Shown here piece by piece: positions 1 through 11,090 of a stretch of 64,000 nucleotides of DNA. Position 1 is the stretch's first letter. Every line of letters starts with the position of its first letter. The stretch is from assembly GCA_964016885.1 (NCBI GenBank), contig OZ024764.1:22754001-22818000 (forward strand). The letters run 5' to 3'. The position numbers and the translations under genes were made by a program. This DNA comes from Eledone cirrhosa. Its lineage: Eukaryota. The notes below the pieces were generated by a model. It saw only the letters and a program-made list of their open reading frames with translations, was not told where the DNA came from and did not search any database.

Positions 1-390
1 GAGTACTGGGTGCATTTTATCATCTCACCATCAGGACCACTTTACAGTGTAGGCTGGGTGCTTTTTGTTGTGACACATACATGACCACTTTATAGTGTGG
101 ACTGGGTACTTTTTGTTGTGACACCTACACGACCCCTTTAAAGTTTGGGCTGGGTACTTTTTGTTGTCACCTACATGACCACTTTACAGTGTGGACTGGT
201 TTCTTTTTGTCATATCACCTACATGACCACCTTATAATGTTGACTGTGTGTTCTTTACAGTGTGGGCTGGTTTCTTTTTGTCATATCACCTACATGACCA
301 CCTTATAATGTTGACTGTGTATTCTCTATAGTGTGGGTTGGGTGCTTCTTGTCATATCTCCTACCCAACCACTTTGCAGTGTGGGCAGTG
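1..390 (+). repeat. Degenerate ~48-bp tandem repeat (acctacatgaccactttacagtgtggactgggtactttttgttgtgac-like)
   Basis: Visible reiteration. Homologous arrays lie at ~12500-12770, ~29840-30155 and ~44050-44270. Confidence 0.8.
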
Positions 391-429
391 AAATATCAGT
401 AATACACCAGCTCCAATATTCACTAATCA

Positions 430-920
430 GAAGAAGGGAGGTAGGCATAAAAGCCAAACACGCTGTCTTCAATTAGGTTTTTGTGCCAACCCTTACCTAT
501 GGTCACATATCTTGGGTAATGACCAAAAGAATATGATTGGGAATACAAATGGCAGATATGGGATTCCTCTGAAGGGTCTTTGAAGGAACTTTTCTCAATA
601 AAGTGCATAGCTCTTAGATCAGAGAGTCACTCCAGGTGGAACTGTTACTTCTAATTGAGAGATCACAGCTGCAATACTATGGCCATGTGGTTAGAATGTC
701 TGAGGAAAGAATCACTGGATAGATTTTACAGGCAAAACTAACCGGCAGGAGACCCAGGGGTAGACCTGAGCAAGATGGTCACATAACATCCATGAGCTTG
801 GCTGGTCTCTCTGGGAGATCCAGACACATAAGTTGGAGTGGGTTGCTTCTGACAGGACCTGTTGGAGGGAGTGTTTGAGGACTCTGCCCCCAAGACCCTC
901 TCTGGAATGAGTGGGTTAAT
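430..920 (+). mobile_element. RTE-clade LINE 3' ORF fragment, decayed
   Basis: Manual translation gives VFVPTLTYGH.SWVMTK, IERSQLQYYGHVVRM and TGRRPRGRP, typical of the RTE/Rex3 C-terminus, with stops. A deleted copy lies at ~30190-30490. Confidence 0.75.
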
Positions 921-1207
921 AAGCAGAGGTTGAGGTTACATAATCAACATCAGATTTCCCTGCTAGCAAGGGTTTAATGAGTCTACTTCAACCAATTAAG
1001 TACTAAAGTGAGGCTACTGATCTCCCACACAGACCAAGGATCTGAGACTTATTTACATAAGGTCTCATTTGCTACTGAGTGCACAGAAAAGGTTGTCATG
1101 ATTGAAGGGTTCTCCGACACTATTGTTGGGCAAGCTTTCTATAGCTAGATGTCCTTCACATGACCAACCACATTACAGCCTGTGTTGGGTGTGTTTATCA
1201 TGTAGGT

Positions 1208-3193
1208 GAGACATAACAAACTGAGGGTTCCCCAAGGGCCACATAGGTCACATGTGTTGTCTGAGGGTTGCACACGACAACTAAGTAGTCATTTAATAAA
1301 ATATATTGCAGAAAGATTTGTTACTTAAATTTAGAAACATACAATGTACATACAAATGTTTTAGCAGCATTCATGAATACAAAGTAATGAAGTAGTTTGA
1401 CAAAAAACTAAAATTTAACATGTCAACATATACTTGCAGATTGTAACAGCAACAAATACATTGTACACAAATAACAACAGTTGAAAACTGAACATTTATT
1501 TGCTACTATTCAACCATTTTTAGTGTTTTGTCCTGAGGCTTGACACTTCTTTCTGTTGACTATTTTTGGTATATCTGGCTGAAATGTCTGTACAGTTCCA
1601 ACTTTAATCAGATGACAAGTGTTGATCAGTCAGCCTTGTTCTCTGAGAAGTTTTTGTTAAGCTAAGTACAGACTCAGTATGGGCAGTGATTTTCAGCTCT
1701 TTGCACATAAGAAAATGTATTAAATTTTCATCTGACAACGGAGACTTCCATAAGCTAAGTTTTCTAATGAAGAACTTGATGTCATCATACAACTGAGTGA
1801 TGGGTTTGTTTTTACCTTGTAATTTCAAATTAAGATAAGTTAATTGTGCAGTAATATCCATAACAAAAGCCAGATGTTGGAGCCAACTTTCATCTTTTAT
1901 TTCATCTATGTTTTGACCTTTCATCTCCAAAAACATAATTATTTCAACAAATAGAATCTTTTCAGCACTTTGTGACATGTCAACCAGCAGACTTCTGTGT
2001 AGAATGTGAACTGATTATCCATATCTTCCAACAACTGGTTGAGAGCATGGCCTCTGATTTAGTTCACTGTCTTTGTGACCAAGCTAAGCACATGATGCAA
2101 TTTTAAAATCTTTCAACATAAATTTTGCTGATGAAAATGTGCAAATGATGAATCTAGAATGGGTTTTCTATTTTTGTTTGTAACTTGGCAGCAACACCAT
2201 TATGTCTACCAACCATATTTGCAGCACTGTCAGTAGATAAACATGCAAGATTACTCAGATCAATACCATGCAGACACTGCTTGACCTTCTCAAAGATGTC
2301 CTGGCTTGTTATAGTGTCATGCATGGGGACCAGTTCAATCAGTTCTTCATAAATATTAAATTCACAGTCACAGGCCCTGATGAAGAATGCAAGCTGTACT
2401 ATTCCAGTGATGTCAACAGTCTCTTCAATAGCAATAGAAACATGTTCAAACCTTGATGATCCAGCCTTTAACTGTTGTTTCAGATCACCTGACATTTCAT
2501 TAATCTGTTCAGCAACAGTGTTCCTGGTTAATGAAATGTCTTTGAATAACTCTGCTTTCTCTGGACAATTTCAGCTGTTTTTACAAGACATTGCTTTACA
2601 AAATCTCCTTCACTGTAAGATTTCCCACTCATGGCAATCATTTGACTGAGTTCTTAGCTTGCAGTAACAGAAGTGACATTCTCTTCCTGAGTTAACATAA
2701 AACAGGTCTATTGCTGTGTCAAGTTAGACTTCAATTCCTTGAGTCTTGAAACACACATGGGGCTTCATATTTATCGTAAGATTGATGGTTTGTTTCATAA
2801 TGTCTTTTTAAATTGTACTCTTTTGGCGTGGAGATGTAGTTGTTGCAAATTAAACAGTGTATCTTTCTGTTCACCATTGGGCAAAAATATTGTAATTCCC
2901 ACTTTTCTTGAAACACTTGCCCTTCTTCGTTCAATTTCCTTTTTCTCTTAGCTGGAGGAGCACTAACCATTTCAAAAACAAAATCTTTTGAAATTTTGAA
3001 AGAAAGTTTTCTGTTAATGAGCTGCACGTGATTAATGGAAGTTAAAAGTAGTTGACAAAATTTGCACAAAAAAAATAATTGTATCGAAAATGTTTAAAAT
3101 TTTATATTACGAAAATGAAAGATGCTCGCACTGTAAAAACCTTTGTGTGGGCTGCAGGTTTGCTTGCCAAGGGCCGCATGTTTGACATGTCTG
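1208..3193 (-). mobile_element. hAT DNA transposon (SPIN/GTF2IRD2-like transposase, decayed)
   Basis: 8-bp TSD atgtaggt at 1200-1207 and 3194-3201. Imperfect TIRs: gagacataacaaac versus the reverse complement of the right end, cagacatgtcaaac. Transposase fragments FQEKWELQYF..CLIC..KEYNLKRHYETNH, DITGIVQLAFFIR and LNLKLQGK are frameshifted. Confidence 0.92.
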
Positions 3194-3359
3194 ATGTAGG
3201 TTACCAACACTAGGCAGGGCAGCATGTCCTTCAGTGTGTTCTGCTACATTAACTACCAGGAGGTCACCACATGAGACAAAGACCAAAGACTACATTTCAA
3301 AGAAGGGTCATAAAAGAACTAAATACAAAAGTCCTCGCAGCAAAAAACAAATAATTGAG

Positions 3360-3760
3360 CTTTGGGTCTAGGTCAAGGGGCAGAAGTGCTGTACCCTGTG
3401 GATAAGACTGCAAAAGTATTCGCCCCGGACAGTGACACCCACTGCAATAGCCACCCCAACCCCATGGGACTCCCTCTTCAGAAGGGCCACCAATGTTCTG
3501 ATCTTACAGAGGAGCTCGCCCGTACAGGGTCCAAGTACTTCTGAGCTCTCGATGGTGACCGGTGTGAAGAGACCTACAATTGATGTCATCCCAGTTATGT
3601 TGGACTGTAATATACTGGGGTATAGAGAGGCCTTAACCTGTCTCAGCCGCGCCACCCAGTGTTGTGTCATCTAGGTACCAGACAGGGGTAACTAGACCAT
3701 GTTGTCAACTGTCACCACCAATAGGAGTGAGGCGAGTGGGTCCCCTTGCTAGACACCATA
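3360..3760 (-). mobile_element. Fragment of a CRE-like non-LTR retrotransposon RT
   Basis: Minus-strand manual translation GV*QGDPLASLL...YLDDTTLGG, plus IAVGVT (RPIAVG-like). Copy at ~32970-33375. Confidence 0.6.
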
Positions 3761-3985
3761 TATAAAACGTATTTGCTAATTACTTTAATGAATAATTTGT
3801 TTCATACGTAATTATTCCTTTTAACACAACAGGATTTTGTACACGTGTTTGTTTGAAAACATCTTTCAAAGAAGTATGAGACAGTCTTTTGTCGTGTTTA
3901 TTATAATAAATTACTGTATGTTGAGCTGTTTTAACTTCTCCACCTTCTATTATTTCATATTGTTTTTGTAAAAAAACGAGATCTT

Positions 3986-4017
<32 letters not shown>

Positions 4018-4020
<3 letters not shown>

Positions 4021-4225
4021 GGCGTGTGGCTGAGTGGTTAGAGAATTGGATTCGGAATTGTGAGTTCGATTCTCAGACTGGGCGGTGCGTTATGTCCTTG
4101 AGCAAGACATATTATTTCACGTTGCTCCTTCTACCTGGAGTTGCAACCGATAGATAGTATTAGCAATTGGAAAGACCAATGGTAACATTGTTTCCTCGGT
4201 CCGATTTGACGAAAAGTTGATCATA
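4018..4225 (+). mobile_element. tRNA-derived SINE
   Basis: A-box-like tggctgagtgg, B-box-like gagttcgattc, and core tgtccttgagcaagaca. It follows a (TA)n run. A truncated copy lies at ~33510-33600. Confidence 0.75.
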
Positions 4226-4567
4226 AAAAACATATATAGAGAGAGAGAGAGAAACATACACTACTGTATTACATATGTAAGGGGAGATAACTCTCGTTAC
4301 ATCCCCCCTTCTTTTTGATATACGTACTTTAAATACTTTGTTAAATGGAATCTGCTTTATTTTGTCCTAAGTAGATTTCTGTTTAAGTATTTACGAGATT
4401 CACAATGATTCACGTAACCAAGTTACTTACATAGAGATATATTTCACATAGAATCACAACAAATGAAAATATTAAGTCAACACTCTGTCAATCAGTCTCA
4501 CATCACATGGGGTGCTGGAGTCTCCCTCTAATACTTTCTGAGACAGTCTTACCTCGAGTGATAGCAA

Positions 4568-5052
4568 GGCTAAGATGTTGGAACTACCAAACACCCTCAT
4601 ATGTATCACCTGACACCTCGGTAAGGAGAGCTGACAACGATAACAAGAACCTCGTTGTCAGGGACCTATCTCCTCCAAACTTCTCCAACACCACAGACTA
4701 GAATATTCTACTTTTTATTCCCTATCAAATATATTTCAGTCTAGTCATTTGTCTTGTATCTTGTATATGTATTTTCAAAACTAACTGTCACATTTGTAAG
4801 ACCCCAGTTAGTGATGTTTTCGTCTCCCTCCCACATCCTACATGCTGTAGTAAAAGTGAGGGTCACTGCTTCTGTAGACGAACGAAATAAAAGCTAAACT
4901 ACCAGTAATTATCGGCAAAGTATTTATTCCAGTCTGTGATGTTTGAGAAGCTGGGCTGCTGACAACGAAGTTGTTGTCACTGTTGGGGGATGGCTTTACA
5001 GAAGTACCCGATGACTCTTGTGAGGGTACTTAGCTGTTCTGGTGGTTTAGCC
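4568..5052. repeat. Old inverted-repeat (foldback/MITE-like) element: arms ~4568-4713 and ~4915-5052
   Basis: The reverse complement of the right arm is colinear with the left arm (ggctaa..ccctca..cgttgtcag..cttctc.aaca.cacagact.gaata). It is present upstream of all four promoters. Confidence 0.75.
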
Positions 5053-5189
5053 TCCACGTGACCCGATCTTACCGAGATACCCGGTGATCTCTGTAAGAGT
5101 ACTTAGCTGTTCTATTTTAATTACATTTACTGATTTCAACTTCATTTTTTTATTACAAACTTTACATAATTTAATTCGGTAAAAATATT

Positions 5190-5334
5190 TTACGTCACAA
5201 AAAAACTTGACCTTTGACATTGAAGCATGCGCAGTGGTGCAGTTGTGGACTTCCTGTCCACGTGTTAGTCTTCCTACAACATCATTTAGAAAACATTTCT
5301 GTAAATACTAAACACCTGAGACTATAATGTAAGT
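5190..5334 (+). promoter_or_regulatory. Putative promoter and non-coding exon 1 of cassette A1, splice donor GT at 5329
   Basis: Cluster of TTACGTCA (CRE/ATF-like), TGACCTtTGACAT (DR1-like), GCATGCGCA (NRF1-like), ACTTCCTG (ETS) and CACGTG (E-box), then a consensus donor AT|GTAAGT. Conserved in all four cassettes. Confidence 0.65.
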
Positions 5335-5861
5335 ATTATGTCTATTAATATTGTAGATTTAAGCTCACTTTTCACATCACAAATATATATTTTCTTGTTT
5401 GTTTCATTACTGGAAATATAAAATGTTATCGTAATTATCTATATTTTACCTACCTCTAATTAATTAAAGTGGAAACTTTTGTTGTTGCTGAAAAATAATT
5501 TAACAAAACTAAATATTTAAATATTCTAAAATATCGTTTTTATATTATGTGATGATATAATTAATATATTTTATTACAATTGTATAAATTTACAGTAGAA
5601 TAACGTTGTAAATATGTTTTAAATATATACATAAATAACATAAGTGTGTAAATAACATTATAAATTGCTGGCAATTCCTTGAGAAAGACATTACAAATAT
5701 ATTGTCTAAACTGTGTATAATAATATAATTTATTGAACAATAATGATAAAGGAAAGAAAAACACAGTGGGAGATGGCAATTGACCACCAAGTGTGATAAT
5801 AGGCCACACCTTAGGGGTTAACTACATACTTTGAGGCAAGCCAACACACTGGCAGCATTAC

Positions 5862-6080
5862 TAAGGTGTTGAAATAACCAGGTACCCTCACGGGTATCAT
5901 CTGACATCTCAATAAGGTGAGGCTAAGGTGCTGAAATAACCAGGTACCCTCACGGGTAGCACCTGGTACCTCGGTAAGGTGAGGCTAAGGTGTTGAAATA
6001 ACCAGGTACCCTCACAGGTATCACCTAACACCTCGGTAAGGTGAGGCTAAGGGGCTGAAATAACCAGGTACCCTCACGAG
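5862..6080 (+). repeat. 62-bp tandem repeat (~3.5 copies)
   Basis: ggctaagg recurs at 5921 and 5983 (period 62). Homologous arrays lie at ~21570-21666 and ~35212-35430. Confidence 0.9.
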
Positions 6081-6490
6081 TATTTTCTCTGGACCCCTCA
6101 GATACTTGCAATACACGTTTTATTCCCCAGTATTAGGGTTAGGGTTTCCGTTTTCAGGAAGAATAGTCGATTGCAAACATCTAAGAGGTCTAGAAATAAA
6201 ATTAAGGAAAGATAATTATTTCCCAGCCAACTGGAGAAGTGTGTAGCTCTTCTTAACCCCGATAATCCTGTCTCCCACTTCTTTATCTACAAGTCTAGTC
6301 GTTTCCTGCTACTTTGAAGGCCCTATTAGGGTTAGGGTTTCCCTTTGAAGGTAAATTGTGAATCAGTTATTTTTAAACAAACTATCAAAGAAGTGATCTC
6401 ACAGTAACTGTGTTTGATTTAATCAACTTATTCCCCCCAAACATTGTCGACCTTGTGTCTAAATCAGAAACTATTATTAGATCTTAAATC

Positions 6491-6598
6491 AACCCCGTAA
6501 AGATGAAGGGCAAAGCTAACCTCGGCGGGATTTCAACCCTTTATGTTATGAGTTCAAATCCCACCAAAGTTAACTTTGTCTTTCATTCTAACGGGGTG
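6491..6598. repeat. Head-to-head SINE-like fragments forming an imperfect inverted repeat
   Basis: 6491-6537 is the approximate reverse complement of 6552-6598. Copy at ~35842-35948. Confidence 0.7.
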
Positions 6599-6689
6599 GA
6601 TAAATTAAAGTTCCAGTAATCTACTGGGGTCTGAGATATTAAGGTTTGAGTAGATTCTATCTTTTTGTGTGTTTGTATTTATAATCTTA

Positions 6690-7146
6690 CTAGAAACCCT
6701 GTGACCTGTTGGGTCACATTCCCTTTAAAAATAATTTTTAAATAATTAAAATATACACAGACATGTCTATAATCTAAAATGAAATTAGTAGTTAGGCCCA
6801 TGTATATATATATATATGCGTGTGTGTATATATATATGTGTGTGTGTGTATATATATATGTCACAGACACACACACACAAGTCGCTTGTTATAATTTTAA
6901 AATTTTGTTCAACAACACCAACAGCTCTCTCTCTCACACACCCATTATCTTTCTCTCTCTATTTATGAAGGTACCAGAAAAACCCATATCTCGGGAACCT
7001 GTGCTCTGATCTACGTGAAACTTATTTTATCCCATCTGTATTCCCATTTCAGGGTCAACTTCCTTTCAAACTATTTTCCCATTATGCCCCGTTTTGGCTG
7101 TATTACATTACAGACAAGACACAATCACAGAGTTTTAGGTTTATAA
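6690..7146 (-). mobile_element. Non-autonomous Helitron-like element (minus strand)
   Basis: Reverse-complement homolog of the element at 28878-29272, with CTAG at 6690-6693 next to the hairpin gacctgttgggtc. A partial second copy lies at ~7480-7752 and the A2 copy at 36041-36487. Confidence 0.7.
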
Positions 7147-7322
7147 TGTGTGGTTAGAAAAAGCTATACCCTGCTTGCAAGGGTGGGACGGGAAATGATA
7201 CTGGCTTGATTTCTACAGCTGGATGCCCTTCCTAACACCAACCTCATTTACAGTGAGTGCTGGGTGCTTTTTTACCGTGGCACCTCCACGACCACTTTGC
7301 AGTGGAATAATAGGACTCCAGT

Positions 7323-7473
7323 CCTATCATCTCATTTCTACAGCTGAGTAAACTGGAGCAATGTGAAATAAAGTGTCTTGCTCAAGGAAACAACAAATCA
7401 CCCGGTCTGAGAATTGATCTCACAACCTTTGGATTGCAAGGCCAATGCTCTAACCACTAAACCATGTGCCTCC
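7323..7473 (-). mobile_element. tRNA-derived SINE
   Basis: The reverse strand reads ggaggcacatggtttagtggttagagc... followed by the ccttgagcaagacacttt core. Confidence 0.75.
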
Positions 7474-7774
7474 ATGTATATATATGCGTGTGTGTATATA
7501 TATGTGCGTGTGTATATATATAATTTTAAAATTTTGTTCAACAACACCACCAGCTCTCCCTCTCTCTCTATTTACGAAGGTACCAGAAAAAACCCATCTC
7601 GGGATCGTGTGCTGTGATTTACATGAAACTTGTTTTATCCCATTTGTATTCCCATTTCAGGGTCAACTTCCTTTCAACTATTTCCCCATTATGCCCCGTT
7701 TTGGCTGTATTACATTACAGACAAGACACAATCACAGAGTTTTAGGTTTATAGTATCATGATAGGGTAATACAG

Positions 7775-7945
7775 TTATTTCAGTCCACACTGGGGGGTAT
7801 TAGTGTTGGTTCAGTCCAGCCTGGGGTGTGTTAGGGTTGGTTCAGTCCACGCTGGGGGGGGGGGGGGTGTTAGGATTGGTTCAGTCCACCCTGGAGGGTG
7901 TTAGGGTTGGTTCAGTCCACCCTGGGGGCTGTTAGTGCTGGTCAA
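7775..7945 (+). repeat. ~31-bp tandem repeat (gttagtgttggttcagtccaccctggggggt)
   Basis: Visible reiteration. Homolog at ~36538-36730. Confidence 0.85.
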
Positions 7946-7964
7946 TGATAAACCTTTATAATTA

Positions 7965-10294
7965 GAGGCCTGTTGTTGAGGACAACCCGTCCTTATTCTA
8001 GATATTATGGCCTCACAGCACCCTCCCCCTTGCTAATCTGATCACCTAGGTATCGGAAGCTATCAACCACTTTTAGAGAACCCATCTGCATTTAAAAAAT
8101 GAGTCTATCACTGCAACTTCTACTCTCAAATTTCCCTGTACATCTACTGCATATGTAGTTTTCCCTACCTGTTAGTTTGCCTGCTATCCCACTACATCTC
8201 TTGTGTACCCAAGATCTGCATTGTGTACATTATAGAATTTATGCCAGTTCCTTTTCTACATATTGAACAAGGCCATTTCCCTGATGGAATGACAGTTTTG
8301 TCCTCTTTTCTACTCAACACTTTTGTCTTAGCTAGGTTCACTCTCAGTCCTCTTGATTCCAACTGCTGTTGCAATAGCCAGAATTTATTCTCTAGCTCCT
8401 CTACTGATTCTGCTATAAGAACCAGATCGTCAGCATAGAGAAGTTCCCATGGGCAGCCAGTCTTAAACTCTTCTGTTATGACTTGGAGGACTATAATGAA
8501 CAAGAGCGGGCTGAGGACCGAAACCTGATGTACTCCTACTTGTATTCTGGAATTCCTCACTAAACTCCATGCCTACCCTCACTTTACTGACAGCACCTCT
8601 GTACATAGCTTGCACTGTCTTCACAAACTATTCCTCTACACCTAGTTTCCTTAGGGACCACCAGATGACAGATTGGGGTACTCTATCAAAGGCCTTCTCT
8701 AGGCCAACAAAAGCTAAGTATAGTGGTTTTCTTCTCTAAGAACCTCTCTTGTAGTTGTCTCACTAAGAAGAGGGCATCTGTTTGACCCTTTCTCTAAGTT
8801 GCGCTAGTATTCTTTCTGTCACTTTCATAACCTGATCCATCAGCTTTATACCCCTATAATTACTCCTCTCCAGAACATTCCCTTTACCTTTACCTCAATT
8901 TATGAGAATACTGCTGCACCAGTCTTTGGGGGTGACACCACCATATATAGCTTGATTAATGATGCATGCAACCACTTTAATTCCTACTTCTCCTGATGCC
9001 TTCAGCATCTCAGCAATTATCCCCAACGGTCCAGCGTACTTACCATTTTTCATTTCCTTAATTGCCTCTTGGACCCTATAGTCGTCAATCTCAATAGCTG
9101 GTCCCTCTGGCGGGTCTACTGAAGGTAGCTCCCCTCCTATTCATTCTCCACATTCATCAGTCTCTCATAATGACATTTCCAGGCCTCCTTTTTTTTGAGA
9201 ATCAGTGACACTAAGTGCACCAACATCCTGATTTGCACTGACACACTGCCTTGCAATGTGGATCACCGCACATCTCTGATCTCCCTATCGCAGGACATTG
9301 GCAAACCTTCTACTCTCAGCCTCCCTGCATGTTAAGTAAACCTGACATCTAGCTTCTCTCTTAGTGGCTGTGTATCGGTCTCTACCCCTACCATTTTTCA
9401 AAGCCTTTTGTCTCTAATGGCTCTATCTACCGTACTGTTCCACCACCAGGTCACCCTCTGTTTGGTTGGAGCTCTGCTCCAGCCACAAGTTTCTTCAGTA
9501 ACCTGCAGTAAGTTGTAACGTAAGAAATTCCAATTATCATCCATGTCATACGACATTGAAGGGCTTTCCTAAATTTATATTTTAGTGAAAGGTCTTTTAG
9601 TTTCCAGACCTTCCTTTTTCAAACCTTCTTGTATGTCTCATTTTGTCTCTTGGGGGGTTACATTGTTCCCTGGGGTATACCTTAGTATTTGACACCATCT
9701 ATCTGTCTTACTCCCTAACTAGCAAGAAGTCAATCTGTCTCATGTGCTCACCTGATTGGTAGGTTATTAGGTGGTTGGTAGGTTTCTTGAAGTGTTGTAA
9801 ATGGTTAGTTCACTTGCATCACAAAATACAAGAAGCCTCACTCCTTCTTCGTTTCTTGAGTCATAACCATGACCACCATGTACCCCAGTATATCCATCCT
9901 CGAACTGTCCAACATGACCATTGAAGTCCCCTGCTATTATAACTAGGTCTCTGTCATTGTGGTTATCTCTACTTATTCCTTTTCTACATATGGAGCAGGG
10001 CTACTTTCCTGAAGGGGTCAGGGTCTTCTCTCCTATCCATTAGCACTTTAGTTTTGGCTAAGTATATTCTCAGAACTTACCATTTCAAATTCTATATCTA
10101 TAGCTGGTCATCTACATAGAGAAGTTTCCATAGACAGCCAGTCTTAAACCTCTCTGTTATGGCTTGGAGAACTATGATGAACAACAGTGGGCTAAGAACT
10201 AAACCATGATGAACTCCTACCTGTACCTTCAATTCCTCACTAAACACACTTTACTGACAGCTTCTCACAAGCCATTCTTCTACACCTAATTTCT
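7965..10294 (-). mobile_element. RTE-like LINE (APE endonuclease + RT), decayed, intronic and antisense to the ZF gene
   Basis: GVHQVSVLSPLLF, ELLYADDL and GKWPCSICRKG in ORF 8192..8560. Endonuclease motif IIAGDFNGHVG near 9910-9940. A second RT fragment lies at ~10105-10290. Confidence 0.85.
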
Positions 10295-10298
10295 TTAA

Positions 10299-10506
10299 CC
10301 CTTTAGTATATAAACTGGCCATATCTGGCCAGAATTGTCTCATGTCTTTCTGTTCAAACTGGCCGTAACTGGTCACTTATACTTATGTTAAGGTATTGTT
10401 CTCAAAATAAGTAACATCAAAATCTCATAGATTTGATATTATGAGTGATAAAGCATTTACTGTGAAAATATAATAGTAAATATAGAGTAATGTGAATACT
10501 AAAGGG
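10299..10506. mobile_element. piggyBac-type MITE
   Basis: TTAA|CCCTTTAGTAT ... ATACTAAAGGG|TTAA: perfect 11-bp TIRs and a TTAA target duplication. Copies at 22668-24791 (interrupted by a LINE), 39089-39296 and 53415-53620. Confidence 0.85.
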
Positions 10507-10803
10507 TTAATCTGATGTCACTAATAACTACTTTTATCAGTCAGTATAATCTACTGTCACTAATAACTACTTTTATCAGTCAGTATAATCTAACGTCACT
10601 AATAACTACTTTTATCAGTCAGTTTAATCTAATGTCACTAATAACTACTTTTATCAGTCAGTTTAATCTAATGTCACTAATAACTACTTTTATCAGTCAG
10701 TTTAATCTAAAGTCACTAATAACTACTTTTATCAGTCAGTTTAATCTAATGTCACTAATAACTACTTTTATCAGTCAGTTTAATCTACTTCCACTAATAA
10801 CTA
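10507..10803 (+). repeat. 39-bp minisatellite, ~7.6 copies
   Basis: Unit ttaatctaatgtcactaataactacttttatcagtcagt. Confidence 0.95.
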
Positions 10804-10947
10804 ACCTATGTTAGTCAGCACATTCTTCACCAAAGAAGGCCTTAGTATTTATTACAGTCCATTTATCAATATAGAAATATTATATGAAATTTGTACTGAT
10901 GTATTACAAGTTTCTCAGTATCTTATAATGTTCTTTTATTATTTCAG

Positions 10948-11090
10948 AATACCAGAGGACATTGGCATTAAAGAGCACGTTACATCAGACATATCCTCAA
11001 CATTAACCATTTCTAATGAAAGACACTACCCATCATTTTCAAATAATTTTGAAAACACTCAACACTTTGAAGTGATTTAGTAATATAACT
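10948..11090 (+). pseudogene. Truncated exon 2 of ZF cassette A1 (ZF-coding part deleted)
   Basis: The acceptor ttcttttattatttcag|aatacc and 143 nt match A2 39543-39685. Homology then breaks and resumes at the equivalent of ~43370, so the ZF ORF is missing. Confidence 0.85.

Noticed and set aside
1604-3069. Host gene GTF2IRD2/EPM2AIP1-like
   Set aside because: Frameshifted and bounded by TIRs and an 8-bp TSD, so it is a decayed hAT transposon rather than a domesticated gene.
4018-4085. tRNA gene
   Set aside because: A/B-box-like motifs run into a SINE core and no complete cloverleaf is evident.
6132-6340. TTAGGG telomere-like motifs
   Set aside because: Only two units at each of two spots; too short to call an interstitial telomere.
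10808-11080. 90-aa ORF (MLVSTFF...IPEDIGIKEH...) repeated before each ZF gene
   Set aside because: It spans the polypyrimidine tract and acceptor, and is stopped early in A2. It recurs only because of the duplication.
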